A stretch of DNA of 64,000 nucleotides, from positions 62,001-126,000 of the forward strand of contig JAUCBJ010006329.1 of the NCBI GenBank assembly GCA_032718475.1, read 5' to 3'. The notes beneath the pieces were generated by a model, which saw only the letters and a list, made by a program, of their open reading frames with translations, searched no databases and was not told where the DNA came from. The stretch is from Nemertoderma westbladi. Taxonomy: Eukaryota > Animalia > Xenacoelomorpha. Below, piece after piece: positions 52,501 through 64,000 of the stretch; position 1 is the stretch's first letter, and every line of letters starts with the position of its first letter. The position numbers and the translations under genes are program-made.

Positions 52501-55500
52501 TGCATTACATAATAAATTTAACTCTAGCCACATTAGCAATACGATGAAACTATAATAAAAATTCTAGACCACAACAATATTAACAGGGAGATAGGCTACT
52601 TATCTCTTCATTCTGAGAGCCTCAAAAAGGGGGTGTTCCGACGCAATCAAAGTTCATCCATCTCCTGAGGAAAGACGAAGCAAATAACAGCTGATTACTT
52701 CTATAAATGTAAGTGTTACCTGTTTTTTGACTTTCGTTTAAGATTCTTTATCTTGTGGACTGGGATAGAAGTCGTGAATATGAAAATCGTTGTCGTTTTT
52801 TGAAAAAAATCAGAGGAGATTTTAATAAATTATTGCTGAAAAAAACCAAGGATTTTGACAAGGATTTAATACTCATTATATTCATGAAATAGCTGAGATA
52901 TTTGAGGTGAATTATTGTATCACATATTAACTTCGGCACCAGCCGCTTTGGCAATACGATGAAACTATAATAAATATTCCAGAACACAACAATATTAACA
53001 GGGAGATAGGCTACTTATCCCTCCACTCTGAGAGCCTCAAAAAGGGGGAGTTCCGACGCAATCAAAGTTCATCCATCTCCTGGGGAAAGACGAAGCAAAT
53101 AACAGCTGAATACTTCTATAAAGGAAAGTGTTACCTGTTCTTATGACTTTTGTTTAAGATTCTCTATCTCGTGGAGTGGATTAGAAGTTATAAATATGAA
53201 AATCGATGTGGTTTTTGAAAAAAATCAGAGGATATTTTGATAAATTATTGCTGAAAAACCCCAAGGATTTTGACATGGCTTTAATACTTCATTATGTTCA
53301 TGAAAAAACTGAGATATTTGACGATTATTAAACTATAATAAATATTCTAGAACACAACAATATTAACAGGGAGATAGGCTACTTATCTCTTCACTCTGAG
53401 AGCCTCAAAAACGGGGTGTTCCGACGCAATCAAATTTCATCCATCTGCAGGGGAAAGACGAAGCAAATAACAGCTGATTACTTCTATAAATGTAAGTGTT
53501 ACCTGTTCTTTTGACTTTCATTTAAGATTCTCTATCTTGTGGAGTGGATTAGAAGTTATAAATATGAAAATCGATGTATAAATGAAAGTGTTACCTGCTC
53601 CTTTGACTTTCATTTAAGATTCTTTATCTTTTACAGTGGGTTAGAAGTCATGAATATGAAAAACGATGTCGTTTTTTGTAAAAAATCTGAGGATATTTTG
53701 ATAAATTATTGCTGAAAAACCCCAAGGATTTTGAAATGGCTTTAATACTTCATTATGTTCATGAAAAAACTGAGATATTTGAGGTGAATTATTGCATTAC
53801 ATAATAACTTTAACTGCAGCCACATTAGCAATACGATGAAACTATAATAAATATTCTAGAACCCAACAATATTAACAGAGAGATAGGCTACTTATCTCTC
53901 CACTCTGAGAGCCTCAAAAAGGGGGTGTTCTGACGCTATCAAAATTCATCCATCTCCTGGGGAAAGACGAAGCAAAGAACAGCTGATTACTTCTATAAAT
54001 GAAAGTGTTACCTGCTCCTTTGACTTTCATTTAAGATTCTTTATCTTTTGGAGTGGGTTAGAAGTCATGAATATGAAAAACGATGTCGTTTTTTGTAAAA
54101 AATCTGAGGATATTTTGATAAATTATTGCTGAAAAACCCCAAGGATTTTGACATGGCTTTAATACTCATTATATTCATGAAATAGCTGAGATATTTGAGG
54201 TGAATTATTGCGTTACATATTAACTTTAGCTCCAGCCGCTTTGGCAATACGATGAAACTATATTAAATATTCTAGAACACAACAATATTAACAGGGAGAT
54301 AGGCTACTTATCTCTCCACTCTGAGAGCCTCAAAAAGGGGGTGTTCCGACGCAATCAAAATTCATCCATCTCCAGGGGAAAGACGAAGCAAAGAATAGCT
54401 GATTACTTCTATAAATGTAAGTGTTACCTGTTCTTTTGACTTTCATTTAAGATTGTTTATCTTGTGGAGTGGGTTAGAAATCATGAATATGAAAATCGAT
54501 GTCGTTTTTTGTAAAAAATCTGAGGATATTTTGATAAATTATTGCTGAAAAACCCCAAGGATTTTGACATGGCTTTAATACTCATTATATTCATGAAAAA
54601 ACTGAGATATTTGAAGTGAATTATTGCATTACATAATAAATTTAACTCTAGCCACATTAGCAATACGATGAAACTATAATAAAAATTCTAGACCACAACA
54701 ATATTAACAGGGAGATAGGCTACTTATCTCTTCATTCTGAGAGCCTCAAAAAGGGGGTGTTCCGATGCAATCAAAGTTCATCCATCTCCTGGGGAAAGAC
54801 GAAGCAAATAACAGCTGATTACTTCTATAAATGTAAGTGTTACCTGTTTTTTGACTTTCGTTTAAGATTCTTTATCTTGTGGACTGGGATAGAAGTCGTG
54901 AATATGAAAATCGTTGTCGTTTTTTGAAAAAAATCAGAGGAGATTTTAATAAATTATTGCTGAAAAAAACCAAGGATTTTGACAAGGATTTAATACTCAT
55001 TATATTCATGAAATAGCTGAGATATTTGAGGTGAATTATTGTATCACATATTAACTTCGGCACCAGCCGCTTTGGCAATACGATGAAACTATAATAAAAA
55101 TTCCAGAACACAACAATATTAACAGGGAGATAGGCTACTTATCCCTCCACTCTGAGAGCCTCAAAAAGGAGTTCCGACGCAATCAAAGTTCATCCATCTC
55201 CTGGGGAAAGACGAAGCAAATAACAGCTGAATACTTCTATAAAGGAAAGTGTTACCTGTTCTTATGACTTTTGTTTAAGATTTTCTATCTCGTGGAGTGG
55301 ATTAGAAGTTATAAATATGAAAATCGATGTGGTTTTTGAAAAAAATCAGAGGATATTTTGATAAATTATTGCTGAAAAACCCCAAGGATTTTGACATGGC
55401 TTTAATACTTCATTATGTTCATGAAAAAACTGAGATATTTGACGATTATTAAACTATAATAAATATTCTAGAACACAACAATATTAACAGGGAGATAGGC

Positions 55501-58500
55501 TACTTATCTCTTCACTCTGAGAGCCTCAAAAACGGGGTTTTCCGACGCAATCAAATTTCATCCATCTGCAGGGGAAAGACGAAGCAAATAACAGCTGATT
55601 ACTTCTATAAATGTAAGTGTTACCTGTTCTTTTGACTTTCATTTAAGATTCGCTATCTCATGGAGTGGGTTAGAAGTTATAAATATAAAAAGCGATGTTG
55701 TTTTTGAAAAAAAACAAAGGATATTTTGATTAATTATTGCTGAAAAACACCAAGGATTTTGACATGGCTTTAATACTTCATTATGTTCATGAAATAGCTG
55801 AGATATTTGAGGTGAATTATTGTATTACATATTAACTTTGGCTCCAACCGCTTTGGCAATACGATGAAACTATAATAAATATTCTAGAACACAACAATAT
55901 TAACAGGGAGATAGGCTACTTATCTCTCCACTCTGAGAGCCTCAAAAAGGGGGTGTTCCGACGCAATCAAAATTCATCCATCTACAGGGGAAAAACGAAA
56001 CAAACAACAGCTGATGGCTTCTATAAATGTAAGTGTTACCTGCTCTTTTGACTTTCATTTAAGATTCTTTATCTTGTGGAGTGGGTTAGAAGATATGAAT
56101 ATGAAAATCGATGTGGTTTTTGAAAAAAATCAGAGGAAATTTTGATAAATTATTGCTGAAAAACCCCAAGGATTTTGACATGGCTTTAATACTTCATTAT
56201 GTTCATGAAAAAACTGAGATATTTGACGATTATTAAACTATAATAAATATTCTAGAACACAACAATATTAACAGGGAGATAGGCTACTCATCTCTTCACT
56301 CTGAGAGCCTCAAAAAGGGGATGTTCCGATGCAATCAAAATTAATCCATTTCCAGGGGAAAGACGAAGCAAAGAACAGCTGATTACTTCTATAAATGTAA
56401 GTGTTACCTGTTTTTTTGACTTTCATTTAAGATTCGCTATCTCAAAGAGTGAGTTAGAAGTTATAAATATAAAAATCGATGTGGTTTTTGAAAAAAATCA
56501 AAGGATATTTTGATTAATTATTGCTGAAAAACACCAAGGATTTTGATATGGCTTTAATACTTCATTATGTTCATGAAATAGCTGAGATATTTGAGGTGAA
56601 TTATTGTATTACATATTAACTTTGGCTCCAGCCGCTTTGGCAATATGATGAAACTTTAATAATATTCTAGAACACAACAATATTAACAGGGAGATAGGCT
56701 ACTTATCTCTTCAATCTGAGAGCCTCAAAAACGGGGTGTTCCGACGCAATCAAAATTCATCCATCTCCAGGGGAAAGACGAAGCAAAGAACAGTTGATTA
56801 CTTCTATAAATGTAAGTGTTACCTGCTCCTTTGACTTTCATTTAAGATTCTTTATCTTGTGGAGTGGGTTAGAAGATATGAATATGAAAATCGATGTCGT
56901 TTTTTGTAAAAAATCTGAGGATCTTTTGATAAATTATTGCTGAAAAACCCCAAGGATTTTGACATGGCTTTAATACTTCATTATGTTCATGAAAAAGCTG
57001 AGATATTTGAGGTGAATTATTGCATTACATAATAACTTTAACTGCAGCCACATTAGCAATACGATGAAACTATAATAAATATTCTAGAACACAACAATAT
57101 TAACAGGGAGATAGGCTACTTATCTCTTCAATCTGAGAGCCTCAAAAACGGGGTGTTCCGACGCAATCAAAATTCATCCATCTCCAGGGGAAAGACGAAG
57201 CAAAGAACAGCTGATTACTTCTATAAATGTAAGTGTTACCTGCTCCTTTGACTTTCATTTAAGATTCGTTATCTTGTGGAGTGGGTTAGAAGATATGAAT
57301 ATGAAAATCGATGTCGTTTTTTGTAAAAAATCTGAGGATCTTTTGATAAATTATTGCTGAAAAACACCAAGGATTTTGACATGGCTTTAATACTTCATTA
57401 TGTTCATGAAAAACTGAGATATTTGAGTTGAATTATTGCATTACATAATAACTTTGGCTCCAGCCGCTTTGGCAATACGATGAAACTATATTAAATATTC
57501 TAGAACACAACAATATTAAAAGGGAGATAGGCTACTTATCTCTCCACTCTGAGAGCCTCAAAAAGGGGGTGTTCCGACGCAATCAAAATTCATCCATCTC
57601 CAGGGGAAAGACGAAGCAAAGAATAGCTGATTACTTCTATAAATGTAAGTGTTACCTGTTCTTTTGACTTTCATTTAAGATTGTTTATCTTGTGGAGTGG
57701 GTTAGAAATCATGAATATGAAAATCGATGTCGTTTTTTGTAAAAAATCTGAGGATATTTTGATAAATTATTGCTGAAAAACCCCAAGGATTTTGACATGG
57801 CTTTAATACTCATTATATTCATGAAAAAACTGAGATATTTAAAGTGAATTATTGCATTACATAATAAATTTAACTCTAGCCACATTAGCAATACGATGAA
57901 ACTATAATAAAAATTCTAGACCACAACAATATTAACAGGGAGATAGGCTACTTATCTCTTCATTCTGAGAGCCTCAAAAAGGGGGTGTTCCAATGCAATC
58001 AAAGTTCATCCATCTCCTGGGGAAAGACGAAGCCAATAACAGCTGATTACTTCTATAAATGTAAGTGTTACCTGTTTTTTGACTTTCGTTTAAGATTCTT
58101 TATCTTGTGGACTGGGATAGAAGTCGTGAATATGAAAATCATTGTCGTTTTTTGAAAAAAAATCAGAGGAGATTTTAATAAATTATTTCTGAAAAAAACC
58201 AAGGATTTTGACAAGGATTTAATACTCATTATATTCATGAAATAGCTGAGATATTTGAGGTGAATTATTGTATCACATATTAACTTCGGCACCAGCCGCT
58301 TTGGCAATACGATGAAACTATAATAAATATTCCAGAACACAACAATATTAACAGGGAGATAGGCTACTTATCCCTCCACTCTGAGAGCCTCAAAAGGGGG
58401 GTGTTCCGACGCAATCAAAATTCATACATCTCCAGGGGAAAGACGAAGCAAATAACAGCTGAATACTTCTATAAAGGAAAGTGTTACCTGTTCTTATGAC

Positions 58501-61500
58501 TTTTGTTTAAGATTCTCTATCTCGTGGAGTGGATTAGAAGTTATAAATATGAAAATCGATGTGGTTTTTGAAAAAAATCAGAGGATATTTTGATAAATTA
58601 TTGCTGAAAAACCCCAACGATTTTGACATGGCTTTAATACTTCATTATGTTCATGAAAAAACTGAGATATTTGACGATTATTAAACTATAATAAATATTC
58701 TAGAACACAACAATATTAACAGGGAGATAGGCTACTTATCTCTTCACTCTGAGAGCCTCAAAAACGGGGTGTTCCGACGCAATCAAATTTCATCCATCTG
58801 CAGGGGAAAGACGGAGCAAATAACAGCTGATTACTTCTATAAATGTAAGTGTTACCTGTTCTTTTGACTTTCATTTAAGATTCGCTATCTCATGGAGTGG
58901 GTTAGAAGTTATAAATATAAAAAGCGATGTTGTTTTTGAAAAAAAACAAAGGATATTTTGATTAATTATTGCTGAAAAACACCAAGGATTTTGACATGGC
59001 TTTAATACTTCATTATGTTTATGAAATAGCTGAGATATTTGAGGTGAATTATTGTATTACATATTAACTTTGGCTCCAGCCGCTTTGGCAATACGATGAA
59101 ACTATAATAAATATTCTAGAACACAACAATATTAACAGGGAGATAGGCTACTTATCTCTCCACTCTGAGAGCCTCAAAAAGGGGGTGTTCCGACGCAATC
59201 AAAATTCATCCATCTACAGGGGAAAAACGAAGCAAACAACAGCTGATGGCTTCTATAAATGTAAGTGTTACCTGCTCTTTTGACTTTCATTTAAGATTCT
59301 TTATCTTGTGGAGTGGGTTAGAATATATGAATATGAAAATCGATGTGGTTTTTGAAAAAAATCAGAGGATATTTTGATAAATTATTGCTGAAAAACCCCA
59401 AGGATTTTGACATGGCTTTAATACTTCATTATGTTCATGAAAAAACTGAGATATTTGACGATTATTAAACTATAATAAATATTCTAGAACACAACAATAT
59501 TAACAGGGAGATAGGCTACTCATCTCTTCACTCTGAGAGCCTCAAAAAGGGGGTGTTCCGACGCAATCAAAATTAATCCATTTCCAGGGGAAAGACGAAG
59601 CAAAGAACAGCTGATTACTTCTATAAATGTAAGTGTTACCTGTTCTTTTGACTTTCATTTAAGATTCGCTATCTCAAAGAGTGAGTTAGAAGTTATAAAT
59701 ATAAAAATCGATGTGGTTTTTGACAAAAAAAACGGGGTGTTCCGACGCAATCAAAATTCATCCATCTCCAGGGGAAAGACGAAGCAAAGAACAGTTGATT
59801 ACTTCTATAAATGTAAGTGTTACCTGCTCCTTTGACATTCATTTAAGATTCTTTATCTTGTGGAGTGGGTTAGAAGATATGAATATGAAAATCGATGTCG
59901 TTTTTTGTAAAAAATCTGAGGATCTTTTGATAAATTATTGCTGAAAAACCCCAAGGATTTTGACATGGCTTTAATACTTCATTATGTTCATGAAAAAGCT
60001 GAGATATTTGAGGTGAATTATTGCATTACATAATAACTTTAACTGCAGCCACATTAGCAATACGATGAAACTATAATAAATATTCTAGAACACAACAATA
60101 TTAACAGGGAGATAGGCTACTTATCTCTTCAATCTGAGAGCCTCAAAAACGGGGTGTTCCGACGCAATCAAAATTCATCCATCTCCAGGGGAAAGACGAA
60201 GCAAAGAACAGTTGATTACTTCTATAAATGTAAGTGTTACCTGCTCCTTTGACTTTCATTTAAGATTCTTTATCTTGTGGAGTGGGTTAGAAGATATGAA
60301 TATGAAAATCGATGTCGTTTTTTGTAAAAAATCTGAGGATCTTTTGATAAATTATTGCTGAAAAACCCCAAGGATTTTGACATGGCTTTAATACTTCATT
60401 ATGTTCATGAAAAACTGAGATATTTGAGGTGAATTATTGCATTACATAATAACTTTAACTCCAGCAACTTTAGCAATACGATGAAACTATAATAAATATT
60501 CTAGAACACAACAATATTAACATGGAGATAGGCTACTTATCTCTCCACTCAGACAGCCACAGATACAGAGGCGTGTTTTGACTCAATCAAAATTCAACCA
60601 TCTCCAGGGGAAGACGAAGCAAATAACAGCTGATAACTTCTATAAATGTAAGTGTTACCTGTTTTTTGACTTTCGTTTAAGATTCTTTATCTTGTGGACT
60701 GGGATAGAAGTCATGAATATGAAAATCGATGTCGTTTTTTGTAAAAAATCGGAGGAGATTTTGATAAATTATTGCAGAAAAACACCAAGGATTTTGACAT
60801 GGCTTTAATACTTCATTATGTTCATGAAAAAACTGAGATATTTGAGGTGAGTTATTGTATTACATATTAACTTCGGCTCCAGCCGCTTTTGTAATACGAT
60901 TAAACTATAATAAATATTCTAGAACACAACAATATTAACAGGGAGATAGACTACTTATCTCTTCACTCTGAGAGCCTCAAGAACGGGGTGTTCCGACGCA
61001 ATCAAATTTCATCCATCTCCATGGGAAAGACGAAGCAAAGAACAGCTGATTATTTCTATAAATGTAAGTGTTACCTGTTCTTTTGACTTTCATTTAAGAT
61101 TCGCTATCTCATAGAGTGGGTTAGAAGTTATAAATATGAAAATCGACGCAATCAAATTTCATCCATCTTCATGGGAAAGACGAAGCAAAGAACAGCTGAT
61201 TATTTCTATAAATGTAAGTGTTACCTGTTCTTTTGACTTTCATTTAAGATTCGCTATCTCATAGAGTGGGTTAGAAGTTATAAATATGAAAATCGTTGTG
61301 GTTTTTGAAAAAAATCAAAGGATATTTTGATTAATTATTGCTGAAAAACCCCAAGGATTTTGACATGGCTTTAATACTTCATTATGTTCATGAAAAAACT
61401 GAGATATTTGAGGTGAATTATTGCATTACATAATAACTTTAACTGCAGCCACATTAGCAATACGATGAAACTATAATAAATATTCTAGAACCCAACAATA

Positions 61501-64000
61501 TTAACAGAGAGATAGGCTACTTATCTCTTCATTCTGAGAGCCTCAAAAAGGGGGTGTTCCGATGCAATCAAAGTTCATCCATCTCCTGGGGAAAGACGAA
61601 GCCAATAACAGCTGATTACTTCTATAAATGTAAGTGTTACCTGTTTTTTGACTTTCGTTTAAGATTCTTTATCTTGTGGACTGGGATAGAAGTCGTGAAT
61701 ATGAAAATCATTGTCGTTTTTTGAAAAAAAATCAGAGGAGATTTTAATAAATTATTTCTGAAAAAAACCAAGGATTTTGACAAGGATTTAATACTCATTA
61801 TATTCATGAAATAGCTGAGATATTTGAGGTGAATTATTGTATCACATATTAACTTCGGCACCAGCCGCTTTGGCAATACGATGAAACTATAATAAATATT
61901 CCAGAACACAACAATATTAACAGGGAGATAGGCTACTTATCCCTCCACTCTGAGAGCCTCAAAAAGGGGGTGTTCCGACGCAATCAAAATTCATCCATCT
62001 CCAGGGGAAAGACGAAGCAAATAACAGCTGAATACTTCTATAAAGGAAAGTGTTACCTGTTCTTATGACTTTTGTTTAAGATTCTCTATCTCGTGGAGTG
62101 GATTAGAAGTTATAAATATGAAAATCGATGTGGTTTTTGAAAAAAATCAGAGGATATTTTGATAAATTATTGCTGAAAAACCCCAACGATTTTGACATGG
62201 CTTTAATACTTCATTATGTTCATGAAAAAACTGAGATATTTGACGATTATTAAACTATAATAAATATTCTAGAACACAACAATATTAACAGGGAGATAGG
62301 CTACTTATCTCTTCACTCTGAGAGCCTCAAAAACGGGGTGTTCCGACGCAATCAAATTTCATCCATCTGCAGGGGAAAGACGGAGCAAATAACAGCTGAT
62401 TACTTCTATAAATGTAAGTGTTACCTGTTCTTTTGACTTTCATTTAAGATTCGCTATCTCATGGAGTGGGTTAGAAGTTATAAATATAAAAAGCGATGTT
62501 GTTTTTGAAAAAAAACAAAGGATATTTTGATTAATTATTGCTGAAAAACACCAAGGATTTTGACATGGCTTTAATACTTCATTATGTTTATGAAATAGCT
62601 GAGATATTTGAGGTGAATTATTGTATTACATATTAACTTTGGCTCCAGCCGCTTTGGCAATACGATGAAACTATAATAAATATTCTAGAACACAACAATA
62701 TTAACAGGGAGATAGGCTACTTATCTCTCCACTCTGAGAGCCTCAAAAAGGGGGTGTTCCGACGCAATCAAAATTCATCCATCTACAGGGGAAAAACGAA
62801 GCAAACAACAGCTGATGGCTTCTATAAATGTAAGTGTTACCTGCTCTTTTGACTTTCATTTAAGATTCTTTATCTTGTGGAGTGGGTTAGAATATATGAA
62901 TATGAAAATCGATGTGGTTTTTGAAAAAAATCAGAGGATATTTTGATAAATTATTGCTGAAAAACCCCAAGGATTTTGACATGGCTTTAATACTTCATTA
63001 TGTTCATGAAAAAACTGAGATATTTGACGATTATTAAACTATAATAAATATTCTAGAACACAACAATATTAACAGGGAGATAGGCTACTCATCTCTTCAC
63101 TCTGAGAGCCTCAAAAAGGGGGTGTTCCGACGCAATCAAAATTAATCCATTTCCAGGGGAAAGACGAAGCAAAGAACAGCTGATTACTTCTATAAATGTG
63201 AGTGTTACCTGTTCTTTTGACTTTCATTTAAGATTCGCTATCTCAAAGAGTGAGTTAGAAGTTATAAATATAAAAATCGATGTGGTTTTTGACAAAAAAA
63301 ACGGGGTGTTCCGACGCAATCAAAATTCATCCATCTCCAGGGGAAAGACGAAGCAAAGAACAGTTGATTACTTCTATAAATGTAAGTGTTACCTGCTCCT
63401 TTGACATTCATTTAAGATTCTTTATCTTGTGGAGTGGGTTAGAAGATATGAATATGAAAATCGATGTCGTTTTTTGTAAAAAATCTGAGGATCTTTTGAT
63501 AAATTATTGCTGAAAAACCCCAAGGATTTTGACATGGCTTTAATACTTCATTATGTTCATGAAAAAGCTGAGATATTTGAGGTGAATTATTGCATTACAT
63601 AATAACTTTAACTGCAGCCACATTAGCAATACGATGAAACTATAATAAATATTCTAGAACACAACAATATTAACAGGGAGATAGGCTACTTATCTCTTCA
63701 ATCTGAGAGCCTCAAAAACGGGGTGTTCCGACGCAATCAAAATTCATCCATCTCCAGGGGAAAGACGAAGCAAAGAACAGTTGATTACTTCTATAAATGT
63801 AAGTGTTACCTGCTCCTTTGACTTTCATTTAAGATTCTTTATCTTGTGGAGTGGGTTAGAAGATATGAATATGAAAATCGATGTCGTTTTTTGTAAAAAA
63901 TCTGAGGATCTTTTGATAAATTATTGCTGAAAAACCCCAAGGATTTTGACATGGCTTTAATACTTCATTATGTTCATGAAAAACTGAGATATTTGAGGTG
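49534..64000. repeat. ~416-bp tandem satellite (array segment 4) with truncated monomers and 2124/3569-bp block duplications
   Basis: Same monomer. ORF offsets 51941/54065, 52357/54481, 52748/54872 (2124 bp) and 58068/61637, 59711/63280 (3569 bp). Confidence 0.98.

Noticed and set aside
4048-63513. Dozens of similar 60-90 aa ORFs (MPKRLEPK..., MTQSKF..., MFRRNQ...) as a gene family
   Set aside because: They recur at the monomer period on both strands, often use non-ATG starts, and open or close with 1-bp indel alleles; no recognisable domain.
1-64000. CRISPR-like or cassette array (conserved blocks alternating with variable blocks)
   Set aside because: Variable blocks are homologous alleles, not unique spacers; no cas or integrase genes; the context is eukaryotic (spliced transposase).

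Overview
This is eukaryotic, AT-rich (probably invertebrate) heterochromatin-type DNA. About 52 kb of the 64 kb is a head-to-tail tandem satellite with a ~415-417 bp monomer (roughly 125-130 copies, all in one orientation), built from several sequence subfamilies and local higher-order repeats. Three clean transposon insertions interrupt it. Two are independent, oppositely oriented copies of a ~1.55 kb non-autonomous piggyBac-type element (430-1981, 47981-49533; TTAA TSDs). The third is an 8.67 kb Sola2-type DNA transposon (19195-27862; 11-bp TIRs GGGCAATTCCA). The Sola2 element encodes an apparently intact two-exon ~773-aa DDD transposase with a C-terminal Tudor-like module, preceded by a diverged tandem copy encoding only the N-terminal/Zn-finger half. 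It also carries nested MITEs (IS3EU-like, Kolobok-like, palindromic). The many 60-90 aa ORFs in the satellite are repeat artefacts. No host genes, RNA genes or CRISPR arrays are supported. Family assignments rest on remembered motif and TSD rules, not on database searches.
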